This document shows positions 8,938 through 17,477 of a stretch of 64,000 nucleotides of DNA, piece by piece. A program made the translations under genes and the position numbers. This stretch comes from Candidatus Eiseniibacteriota bacterium (GTDB lineage: Bacteria; Eisenbacteria; RBG-16-71-46). The stretch is from the NCBI GenBank assembly GCA_031370785.1, contig JANMQY010000090.1, positions 1-64,000 on the forward strand, read 5' to 3'. A model generated the notes under the pieces. It did not search any database. It was not told where the DNA came from and worked only from the letters and a program-made list of their open reading frames with translations. The stretch's first letter is position 1. The number at the start of each line of letters is the position of its first letter.

Positions 8938-9935
8938 GCTTTCCCGTTCACCGCGGTCGCCGTCTGCGCCGCAGCGCAGGCCTAAGGGCGATGGCGCAGG
9001 AAGTCCACATCGTTCCGGCGCAACTCGTCGCTCCTCTCTTCGTGCACGAGGGCGATATCGCGCGGCAGCCCATTGCATCGCTTCCCGGCCATGCGCGGCT
9101 CACGCCCGATGCCGCGGCGGACGAGGCGGCTGCGCTGGCGTCCCTGGGTATCGGCTCGGTGCTGCTATTTGGCATTCCGCGTACGAAAACGTCGGACGGC
9201 AGCGCTGCGTGGCTCGACGACGGCATCGTTCCGCGCGCCATTCGCGCCATCAAGCGCCGAGTACCGGCAATGGTGGTGTGGGCGGACGTGTGCCTGTGCG
9301 AGTACACCGACCACGGGCACTGCGGCGTCTTCCATGACGGGGAAGTCGACAATGACGCGACATTGCCTTTGCTTGCCCGCGCTGCGGTCGCCTATGCACG
9401 CGCCGGCGCAGACGTGGTTGCGCCCTCCGACATGATGGACGGCAGAGTGGCCGCGATCCGAACCGGACTGAACCAGGCGAAATTCGCCGGCACGGCGATC
9501 GTGTCCTACGCCGTCAAGTACGCCTCCGCGTTCTATGGTCCATTCCGCGAAGCCGCCGGATCGACTCCGCAACACGGCGACCGGCGGGGCTACCAGATGG
9601 ATCCGCCCAATGTGCGCGAAGCGATACGCGAGGCGACGGCCGATGTCGAGGAGGGCGCCGACGCGCTGATCGTAAAACCCGCCATGCCCTATCTCGACGT
9701 GTTGCGTGCCGTGCGCGACGCGGTCAACGTGCCGATCGCGGCGTATCAGGTCTCGGGGGAGTATTCGATGATCCACGCCGCCGCCGAGCGCGGCTGGCTC
9801 GATCCCGAGCGCGCGATGTGGGAAACAACACTGGGAATCCGCCGCGCGGGAGCGGACCTCGTGATCAGCTACTTCGCGCGGGCGCTCGCCGAGCGCATGA
9901 GCGAGCGCGGCGCGGTCGCCGAGGCCCGGCGATGA
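8934..9935 (+). CDS. hemB: Porphobilinogen synthase
   Basis: [14 protein letters not shown]n site, [33 protein letters not shown]. Confidence 0.98.
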   Translation: MSFPVHRGRRLRRSAGLRAMAQEVHIVPAQLVAPLFVHEGDIARQPIASLPGHARLTPDAAADEAAALASLGIGSVLLFGIPRTKTSDGSAAWLDDGIVPRAIRAIKRRVPAMVVWADVCLCEYTDHGHCGVFHDGEVDNDATLPLLARAAVAYARAGADVVAPSDMMDGRVAAIRTGLNQAKFAGTAIVSYAVKYASAFYGPFREAAGSTPQHGDRRGYQMDPPNVREAIREATADVEEGADALIVKPAMPYLDVLRAVRDAVNVPIAAYQVSGEYSMIHAAAERGWLDPERAMWETTLGIRRAGADLVISYFARALAERMSERGAVAEARR

Positions 9936-11245
9936 TGTTGCGCGCGACCAGGGTCGCGGGGGCAACTCACGCGGCGCTCTTCGAGCGCGCAGCGCGCGTC
10001 ACCCCCGGCGGCGTCCACTCGCCGGTCCGTGCGTTCCGCGCCGTGGGCGCGCCGCCGATCGCACTGGTCCGAGCCGCGGGCGCCCGTGTGTGGGACGCCG
10101 AGGGCCGTGAGTACGTGGACTGGATCGGCGCATGGGGGCCCGCGTTGCTCGGCCATGCCCATCCCGGCGTGACAGCCGCCGTGCGTGCCGCTGCGGAGCG
10201 CGGACTCCTGTTCGGCCTTGCGTCTCCGGGCGAAGTCGTCCTCGCCGAGCGCGTCACCGCGCGCACCCCGGGCTGCGAGATGGTGCGGTTTGTCGCCACC
10301 GGGACCGAGGCGGCGATGAGCGCGGTGCGCATTGCGCGCGCCGCGACCGGACGAGAGGCGATCCTCAAGTTTGCCGGGTGCTATCACGGCCATGGCGACG
10401 CGTTTCTCATCTGCGCTGGTTCGGGAGCGGCGACGTTCGGCGTGCCAGATTCCCCTGGTGTCACCCGGTCGGTCGCACATGACACGCTCGTCGCGCGTTA
10501 TGGCGACATCGACGATGTGGACCGGTGTCTGCGAGAGGCGAACGGCACGGTCGCGGCCATGATCGTCGAACCGGTGGCGGGAAACATGGGGTGCGTTCCA
10601 CCGCCGCCGGGATTCCTTGCGGCTTTGCGCGAGCGCTGCGACCGGGCAGGTGCAGTACTCATATTCGACGAAGTGATCAGCGGCCTTCGTCTGGGCCCTG
10701 GCGGCGCCGCGGAACGTTTCGGCGTCAAACCGGACCTGATTCTGCTGGGCAAGGTGCTGGGCGGTGGCATGCCGCTCGCCGCCTTTGGCGGAAGGCGCGC
10801 GCTGATGGAGCGCGTGGCCCCCTCGGGTCCGGTCTACCAGGCGGGCACCTATGCGGCGCATCCACTATCGGTGGCCGCGGGCCTCGCGGTGCTCGACGCA
10901 CTGGACGCCGACCCGGGCCTGTACGCGCGACTCGAAGCGGCCGGAGAGCGAATTGCTCAGGCGCTGAACGAGGCCGCGGTGCGCGCGCGTGTGCCGCTCC
11001 AGGTGCAACGCGTCGGCTCGATGTGGACGCCGTTCTTCAGCTCCACCCCGGTGCGGTCATGGGACGACGCAAAGGCGGTCGATACCCGGTGTCACGCAGC
11101 ATTCTTCCGCGGCATGCTCAGCCGCGGCATCCTGCTCCCGCCTTCGGCATTCGAGTGCGCGTTCCTGTCCGCCGCGCACGGCGAAGCGGAACTCTCACGA
11201 ACTCTCGAGGCCGCCCGCGCCGCGCTTGCGGAGGTGGACGCGTGA
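9932..11245 (+). CDS. hemL: Glutamate-1-semialdehyde 2,1-aminomutase
   Basis: [44 protein letters not shown] (PLP Lys), VYQAGT. Confidence 0.97.
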   Translation: MMLRATRVAGATHAALFERAARVTPGGVHSPVRAFRAVGAPPIALVRAAGARVWDAEGREYVDWIGAWGPALLGHAHPGVTAAVRAAAERGLLFGLASPGEVVLAERVTARTPGCEMVRFVATGTEAAMSAVRIARAATGREAILKFAGCYHGHGDAFLICAGSGAATFGVPDSPGVTRSVAHDTLVARYGDIDDVDRCLREANGTVAAMIVEPVAGNMGCVPPPPGFLAALRERCDRAGAVLIFDEVISGLRLGPGGAAERFGVKPDLILLGKVLGGGMPLAAFGGRRALMERVAPSGPVYQAGTYAAHPLSVAAGLAVLDALDADPGLYARLEAAGERIAQALNEAAVRARVPLQVQRVGSMWTPFFSSTPVRSWDDAKAVDTRCHAAFFRGMLSRGILLPPSAFECAFLSAAHGEAELSRTLEAARAALAEVDA

Positions 11246-12270
11246 ACGATCGCTTTCTGCGCGCCTGCCGGCGTGAGCCCGTGGATCATCCGCCACTCTG
11301 GATCATGCGGCAGGCGGGGCGCTACCTGCCGGAGTATCGAGAGCTGCGCGCGCGAGTCGACTTCCTCACGCTGTGTAGGACTCCCGAGCTTGCGGTGGAG
11401 GCGAGCCTGCAGCCCATCCGCCGATTTGGGCTCGACGCGGCGATCATTTTCTCGGACATCCTGCTGCCGCTCGAAGCGCTCGGGGTGGAGCTCGCGTTCG
11501 ATCCAGGTCCGCGCCTTTCACGCGCGGTGCGAGATCGAGCTGGCGTCGAGGCGCTGCTGCGGCGGCCGATCGGGGAGGTGACGCCGTACGTCGGGGAGGC
11601 CGTGGCGCTGTTGCGACGCGAGCTCGACGGACGCGTCCCTGTGATCGGCTTCTGCGGCGCGCCGTTCACGCTCGCCGCCTATCTCGCCGAAGGCGAAAGT
11701 CGCGGCGGCTTCGGCGCGGTCAAGGCCATGATGTATCGCGAACCCGATACGCTGACGCGGCTGCTCGATCTGCTCGCGGACCTGCTCGCGGATTCGCTCA
11801 ACTTGCAGATCCGTTCAGGCGCCCAGGCGGTGCAGATCTTCGACTCGTGGGCGGGCATCCTGAGTCCCGCCGACTATCGTGCGTTCGCGCTACCGGCCGT
11901 TCAGCGCGTCGTGCGCGGGCTGAAGCGCGAAGGCGTGCCGGTGATCTACTTCGCGCTGGACGCCGGACACGTGCTCGAGGATGCCGCCTCGACGGGAGCC
12001 GACGTGCTCGGCGTGTGCTGGCGCACGCCACTCGACGAGGCGCGCCGCCGCACCGGGGGACGGGTGGCTCTTCAGGGCAATCTGGATCCGCATGCGCTCT
12101 TCGGCTCACCCGACACCGTTCGTCGGCGTGCGCTCGAGGTGCTCGACGCGGCGGGCGAGGTGCCCGGACACATCATGAATCTCGGCCACGGGATTCTTCC
12201 CGAGACTCCGATCGAGTCGGTGGAAGCGCTGGTCGAGTCGGTGGCGTCTCGCGCGGGACGTGTGGCATGA
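11242..12270 (+). CDS. hemE: Uroporphyrinogen decarboxylase
   Basis: WIMRQAGRYLPEYR, DAAIIFSDIL, GAPFTLAAY, QIFDSW, LQGNLDP, NLGHGI. GTG start overlaps the hemL stop. Confidence 0.97.
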   Translation: MNDRFLRACRREPVDHPPLWIMRQAGRYLPEYRELRARVDFLTLCRTPELAVEASLQPIRRFGLDAAIIFSDILLPLEALGVELAFDPGPRLSRAVRDRAGVEALLRRPIGEVTPYVGEAVALLRRELDGRVPVIGFCGAPFTLAAYLAEGESRGGFGAVKAMMYREPDTLTRLLDLLADLLADSLNLQIRSGAQAVQIFDSWAGILSPADYRAFALPAVQRVVRGLKREGVPVIYFALDAGHVLEDAASTGADVLGVCWRTPLDEARRRTGGRVALQGNLDPHALFGSPDTVRRRALEVLDAAGEVPGHIMNLGHGILPETPIESVEALVESVASRAGRVA

Positions 12271-13670
12271 GCTCCCGGACCCCCGAGCTTCGCACCGAGG
12301 AACTGCTCCGACGTTACGACCGGCCGGGCCCACGCTACACCTCGTACCCGACGGCAAACGAGTTTCACGATGGCTTCACCGAGACGCACTATCGCGAGCG
12401 ACTGGAGCAGGCGGACGCCAAGGCCGGCGCGCCGCTCTCGCTCTACGCGCACCTTCCATTCTGCGAGGAGCGATGTCTTTACTGTGCGTGTAACGTGATC
12501 ATCACGCCGCACCGCGAAGTGGCCACGCCATATCTCGACCATCTGCTTCTGGAGATTGATCTGCTCGCGCGTCAGTTGCCGAACCGGCGACGAGTCTCGC
12601 AGATGCACTGGGGTGGCGGCACGCCCACGTATTACGCGCCCGCCGAACTGGAGCGCCTGTTCCGCGCGTTCGCCGATCGCTTCACGTTCACACCCGACGC
12701 CGAGATTGGTATCGAGGTGGACCCGCGCGTGACGACGCCCGGGCACGTCCGGGCGCTCCGCCAGCTGGGCTTCAACCGCATCTCGATGGGCGTCCAGGAT
12801 TTCGCACCCGAGGTGCAGAAGGCGGTTCATCGGGAGCAGAGCTTTCAGCTCACACGCTCACTAGTGGACCTCGCTCGCGCGGAGGGCTACAGGTCGGTCA
12901 ATCTCGATCTCATCTATGGCCTGCCCTACCAGACCATCGCAGGCTTTACGCGAACGTTAAACCAGGTTCTCACCATCCGCCCGGATCGTGTGGCGGTGTA
13001 CTCGTTTGCCTACGTGCCCTGGATCAAGGCGCACATGAAGCACCTGCCCGAGGCCTCGCTCCCCGACGCGTCGCTCAAACTGCAGCTGCTGGGTGTCACC
13101 ATCGACGCGTTCACGGGCGCCGGTTATCGGCAGATCGGGATGGATCACTTCGCGCTTCCGGATGACGAACTCTCGCGCGCGGTGGAATCGCGCACGTTGC
13201 ACCGGAACTTCATGGGCTACACCGTGCAGAGCACTCGCGACATGCTGGGCGTCGGAATCTCGTCCATTGGCGACGTGCAGGGCGCGTTCGTTCAGAACGT
13301 GAAGAAGTTGCCGACATACTACGAGGCATTGAAGGCCGGGCGCTTTCCGGTGGAGCGAGGCTACGCCCTCGATGAGGACGATGTCGTGCGCCGCCACATC
13401 ATCACGCAGCTGATGTGCAACTTTCATCTCGACGTGCGAGAGGTCGAGGACCTGTTCGATCTCGATTTCTCCGAGGCATTCGCGACCGAGCTGGCCGAGC
13501 TGAGCGGCCCGGATTCTCCAGTCGGCCACGGACTGTTACGGATCACCCCCGATGCCCTGGAAGTCACTCTCGCCGGACGACTCTTCATCCGTAACGTGTG
13601 CATGGTGTTCGATCGCTACCTGCGCGCCAAGATCGGTCAGGGAAAGCCGATCTTCAGCCGAACGGTGTGA
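12267..13670 (+). CDS. hemN: Oxygen-independent coproporphyrinogen III oxidase (radical SAM)
   Basis: GPRYTSYPTA, HLPFCEERCLYCAC, HWGGGTP, IGMDHFA, LHRNFMGY, FSRTV. Confidence 0.97.
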   Translation: MSSRTPELRTEELLRRYDRPGPRYTSYPTANEFHDGFTETHYRERLEQADAKAGAPLSLYAHLPFCEERCLYCACNVIITPHREVATPYLDHLLLEIDLLARQLPNRRRVSQMHWGGGTPTYYAPAELERLFRAFADRFTFTPDAEIGIEVDPRVTTPGHVRALRQLGFNRISMGVQDFAPEVQKAVHREQSFQLTRSLVDLARAEGYRSVNLDLIYGLPYQTIAGFTRTLNQVLTIRPDRVAVYSFAYVPWIKAHMKHLPEASLPDASLKLQLLGVTIDAFTGAGYRQIGMDHFALPDDELSRAVESRTLHRNFMGYTVQSTRDMLGVGISSIGDVQGAFVQNVKKLPTYYEALKAGRFPVERGYALDEDDVVRRHIITQLMCNFHLDVREVEDLFDLDFSEAFATELAELSGPDSPVGHGLLRITPDALEVTLAGRLFIRNVCMVFDRYLRAKIGQGKPIFSRTV

Positions 13671-13674
13671 AGCG

Positions 13675-15087
13675 ATGAAAGTGGTCGTCCTCGGTGGTGG
13701 CATCACGGGGTTGAGCGCCGCTTTCCATATTCAGGAACACGCGCGTCGGACGGGTGCCGCAGTCGAGCTCACGGTGCTCGAGGGCGAGGAGCACGCGGGC
13801 GGCCACGTCCGGACGCTGCGCGACTCGGATTTCATCGTGGAGACTGGGCCCAACGGATTCCTCGATCGCGAGCGTGAATCTCATGCGCGGGATCTGGTGC
13901 ACCAGTTGGGACTTGGCCTGCACCTGCGCGAGTCGCGACCTGCGGCTCGTCGCCGCTTCGTATTTCATCGCGGGCGTCTGCGCCTCGTGCCGACTTCGCC
14001 GCTGTCCGTTCTCTGGTCCGATGCGCTCTCGATCCCGGCCAGGCTGCGGCTGCTGCTCGAGCCCTGGGCTCGCTCAGCCCCACAAGGCGTCGATGAGAGC
14101 GTCTTCGACTTTGCCAGGCGCCGGCTCGGTCGCGAGCCGGCCGAGGTACTTGTCGACACCGCGGTTTCCGGCATTTCAGCCGGGGACAGCCGGCGTCTTT
14201 CGCTGGCATCAGCGTTTCCGCTCATGTTGGAAATGGAGCGCGAGAGCGGTGGCCTGATCCGGGCGATGGTCGCGCGGCATCGGCAGCGTCCCGCACAGCT
14301 CGTGACGTTGGAAGGAGGCATGCAGACGCTGATCGACGAGTTGAGCGCACGCCTGGGTGACAGGCTGCGCACTGGATGCGCCGTCAGCGCCATCGGGCGC
14401 ATCGCCAATCAGTGGAGCCTCAGGCTTGTGGACGGCGGCCGTCTCGAAGCCGATCGCCTCGTCCTCGCAATCCCGGCTGCGCGCGCAGCGACACTGGTCG
14501 AAGCCTTCGATCCCGCGCTTGCCCGAGCCCTGGGCGCGATTCCCTTTGCCGGGCTCGCAATGGTGGCGCTTGCATTCCGTCAGGCCGACGCGGGTCCGCT
14601 CGATGGCTATGGCTATCTCGTCCCGCGCAGCGAAGACTTCGAGACACTCGGCGTCGTCTGGGAGTCCTCGCTGTTCGAAGGCCGCGCGCCTCGTGGCACC
14701 GTTCTGCTGCGCGCCATGCTCGGGGGCGCGCTTCGGCCCGAGGTCGTCGAGCGTTCGGAGTCCGCATTGATCGAGTGCGCGCGCCGCGAGATCGCGAAAG
14801 TGATGGGAGTCTCGACGGCTCCACTCAAGACCTGGGTCCGGCGCTTTCCCGGTGCGATCGCCCAGTATGAGCTTGGCCACGCGGCACGCATCGAGCGGGT
14901 GCGCGCGCTGGCTGCGGCGCATCCGCATCTGGTGCTGTGCGGCACATCTTATGATGGCGTGTCATTCAACAGCGCCGTGGCCTCCGCCGTGAATGCCGTC
15001 CGCAGCATCATGCAGGGGCCGCTTCATCCAACTGTTGGATATGCGCGCGAGGAGCCGCCACATGTCGCGTCATTCGACAGCAGGTGA
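13675..15087 (+). CDS. hemY: FAD-dependent protoporphyrinogen oxidase, HemY type
   Basis: VVLGGGITGLSAA, ETGPNGFL, GYGYLVPR, AIAQYELGH. Confidence 0.92.
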   Translation: MKVVVLGGGITGLSAAFHIQEHARRTGAAVELTVLEGEEHAGGHVRTLRDSDFIVETGPNGFLDRERESHARDLVHQLGLGLHLRESRPAARRRFVFHRGRLRLVPTSPLSVLWSDALSIPARLRLLLEPWARSAPQGVDESVFDFARRRLGREPAEVLVDTAVSGISAGDSRRLSLASAFPLMLEMERESGGLIRAMVARHRQRPAQLVTLEGGMQTLIDELSARLGDRLRTGCAVSAIGRIANQWSLRLVDGGRLEADRLVLAIPAARAATLVEAFDPALARALGAIPFAGLAMVALAFRQADAGPLDGYGYLVPRSEDFETLGVVWESSLFEGRAPRGTVLLRAMLGGALRPEVVERSESALIECARREIAKVMGVSTAPLKTWVRRFPGAIAQYELGHAARIERVRALAAAHPHLVLCGTSYDGVSFNSAVASAVNAVRSIMQGPLHPTVGYAREEPPHVASFDSR

Positions 15088-15091
15088 GCGC

Positions 15092-16087
15092 ATGACGACG
15101 CGCCACGTAGTCCTTCTGACCTACGGCGAGCCACCGACACCATCGTTCCTGGAGCAGCTGCGCTATTCGTGGCGCATCCTGCTCGGGCTCACGCGATCGG
15201 TGGCTCCGATTCCTCTTGCACTGCTTCCCATCGTCGCCCTGTCGCGCGCGCGGTTCCGTCGGCAGCTCTGGAGCAGGGAACGCTACGGCTCCCCGCTCGA
15301 GCGCATCACGTGCGATCAGGCCGAGGGCGTTCGACTAGCGCTCGTGACACGATCGCCGGATGTGATGTGGAAGTTGCACGTGGCCTATGAGTTTCGGGAT
15401 CCATTGCTCATCCCGAAGCTCGAGTCTCTGCCTTCGAACGCAGCCATCGACATCGTGCCCATGTACGTCGCGGATTCGGCGTTCACGCATGAAATCTCCC
15501 GCCGAACGATCGGGGAATGGAAGCGCCTGGCGCAGGGCCGATCCGGGCCCGTTCGGGTGCTCCCAGCCCTCGATGAGGACGCCCTCGTCGAAGCATCCGC
15601 TCGTCACATCGAGCGACAGCTGGATGCGCGAGGCATCCGCGGACGCGAATGGGCGTTGGTACTGGCGGCGCATGGCACGTTGCTCGATCCTCCGCGCCCC
15701 ATGGAGACCGGTCGCGCGGCCACCGAACGTATCTGTCACGGCATCGCGCGGCGCCTCGAGGATCGATTCGGCACCATTGCGAACGGGTGGCTCAACCACG
15801 TGTACGGAGGACGATGGACCGTGCCTCCCGTCGAGGAGGCGCTGCAGCGGGTCGCCGGCGCTGGCTACCGGCGAGTGGTCTACTACCCGTTCGGATTCCT
15901 CGCAGACAATGCGGAAAGCGAGCTCGAAGGACGGATCGCCCTGAGGACGCAGCCCTGCCTCGAGGCGATCCACCTGCCGTGCCTCAATGCCGATCCGGAT
16001 TTCCTGGATATGCTTGCTGCGCACATCGCTGACTCGGTTGACTCACTCGAACGCCGGGTCCCCGACCCAACGCTGAGGTTTTCATGA
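15092..16087 (+). CDS. hemH: Ferrochelatase (divergent)
   Basis: VVLLTYGEP, GSPLERIT, VLAAHGT, YPFGFLADNAESELE, LPCLNADPDF; last enzyme of the operon. Confidence 0.85.
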   Translation: MTTRHVVLLTYGEPPTPSFLEQLRYSWRILLGLTRSVAPIPLALLPIVALSRARFRRQLWSRERYGSPLERITCDQAEGVRLALVTRSPDVMWKLHVAYEFRDPLLIPKLESLPSNAAIDIVPMYVADSAFTHEISRRTIGEWKRLAQGRSGPVRVLPALDEDALVEASARHIERQLDARGIRGREWALVLAAHGTLLDPPRPMETGRAATERICHGIARRLEDRFGTIANGWLNHVYGGRWTVPPVEEALQRVAGAGYRRVVYYPFGFLADNAESELEGRIALRTQPCLEAIHLPCLNADPDFLDMLAAHIADSVDSLERRVPDPTLRFS

Positions 16088-16602
16088 ATCGAACGGTCGT
16101 GGACGAAAACGCCAAGGCACTGGCTTTCCTGCGCATCTGCGTGGGCGTTCTCTTCCTGCTCTTTGGTCAGTACAAGGTATTCGGCACGCAGTTCACGCTT
16201 GGCGGTGGCTTTCAGCACTGGATCGGTCGTTTTCTCGAAGACGGTGCCTATCCTTTCATGGTGCCGATCCTGCGCGGGTTCGTACTGCCGCATGGAACTA
16301 CAATCGCGTTTCTCGTGGCGTACGGCGAGCTGGCCATCGGCCTCGCGCTAGTGCTCGGGTTGCTCGTGCGTATGGCGAGCGCGAGTGGCTGCGCTTACAT
16401 GCTGGCGCTGCTCTTTTCAGCCAACTACCCCGGCCCCCACGCTCGGCTCTGGCAATACTTCGGCGCCTCCCTTGATCACCTGGTGCTGGCGCTCTGCTTT
16501 GTCGCGCTCGGGATCGGGCAGGCCGAGAGGATCTGGTCCGTGAGCGCCTGGGCCTCCCGTCCGCAGCCGACGATCGAGATTGTTCGGCGAGTTGGCCCGT
16601 GA
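16084..16602 (+). CDS. DoxX family membrane protein
   Basis: LRICVGVLFLLFGQYK and YGELAIGLALVLG with hydrophobic helices. ATGA overlap with hemH. Confidence 0.85.
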   Translation: MNRTVVDENAKALAFLRICVGVLFLLFGQYKVFGTQFTLGGGFQHWIGRFLEDGAYPFMVPILRGFVLPHGTTIAFLVAYGELAIGLALVLGLLVRMASASGCAYMLALLFSANYPGPHARLWQYFGASLDHLVLALCFVALGIGQAERIWSVSAWASRPQPTIEIVRRVGP

Positions 16603-16629
16603 CATCGTTCAGACTGCAGGTCAACGGGT

Positions 16630-16925
16630 TCAGCGGCGCTCGAGAGACGCAAAACCCAGATTGTTGAGCACGCCCTCGTCCACCACCATGAGCGAATCGG
16701 GAGTGCGTGCACTCAGTTGGCGATACTCCTTCGCCACGGTCGCGAAGCTCGCGATGCTCACGCGGCGTGCCAGCGAGTCGGCGGCAGCCGAGCCGTGCAT
16801 GAGAACGGAAACTCAACATCGCGAGTCACCCCGTGAATCGTGAGCGAGCCACGCATGCGGTAGCCGTCGCCACTTTTGACGATCGATTTGCTGCGAAAGA
16901 GTGCGGTCGGGAATTCCTCGACCTC
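16630..16925 (-). pseudogene. Remnant of a YceI-like (plus TPR-like) gene
   Basis: EEFPTALFRSKSIVKSGDGYRMRGSLTIHGVTRDVEFPF resembles the YceI core. In another frame it is followed by AKEYRQLSARTPDSLMVVDEGVLNNLGF, a TPR-like helix. No start codon. Confidence 0.6.
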
Positions 16926-17012
16926 GGACGCGGATCTCTCGGAAGGCGTGCGCAAGGTCGCAGCAATGCGAAGCGCTGATCCGGGCACGTCGCGCACCGT
17001 CGCGCGCGTCGC

Positions 17013-17167
17013 GAATGCAGAAGATTCGATAACAAGCACAATTCGAGCACAATCGGCGGCTGATAGCGCTGATGCGCGACGCATACCGAAGCCGTAACTG
17101 TTTGCGAGATTGGTGCCGAAGGTGGGGGTCGAACCCACACGAGGTTTGAGCCTCACGGGATTTTGAG
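17013..17167. repeat. Direct repeat copy 2 (att-like)
   Basis: Partner of 3240-3394; contains AGCACA-N5-AGCACA at 17035-17051. Confidence 0.95.
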
Positions 17168-17199
17168 TCCCGCGCGTCTGCCAGTTCCGCCACTTCGGC
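17111..17199 (-). tRNA. tRNA-Leu(CAA)
   Basis: GCCGAAG/CTTCGGC acceptor stem, CGGGA-CTCAAAA-TCCCG anticodon arm, long variable arm, GTTCGA T loop, encoded CCA. Confidence 0.97.
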
Positions 17200-17211
17200 G
17201 AGCGGGAGTCG

Positions 17212-17240
17212 AAACTAGCAAGAAGGTTGGACCCCAGCAA
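17212..17240 (-). promoter_or_regulatory. Putative sigma70 promoter of tRNA-Leu
   Basis: Minus strand TTGCTG-N17-TAGTTT with extended TG, 12 nt before the tRNA. Confidence 0.5.
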
Positions 17241-17477
17241 ACCCACCGCGCTTCTCACTCGGGGCGACGTTCGTCTACGAGCTCGGGACGTAGAAGATTC
17301 CCCATCGTGTACCTGCGAGGCTAGGCTCCTTCTCCGCCGCTCCTCAAGTGCTTTTCTGCTAGTGTCGCGCGCTGTTCTCGCTCGACGAGGAGGTGCCGTG
17401 ATGTGTCCCGCACAGAATGACCTGAGCGACCGTGCCCTAGGACCTCCACGGTTCCCGAATCCCTGGAGCCCGACGCC

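Larger units (their letters stand above)
3338..17167. mobile_element. tRNA-Leu-integrated genomic island carrying a heme biosynthesis operon; no integrase inside
   Basis: Flanked by the intact tRNA and its 3' duplicate, with the breakpoint at the anticodon loop. Arm-like repeats and pseudogene remnants lie at both ends. Confidence 0.85.

Noticed and set aside
17094..17108. IHF site next to the att core (TAACTGTTTGCGA)
   Set aside because: Only a partial match to the consensus; too weak to call.
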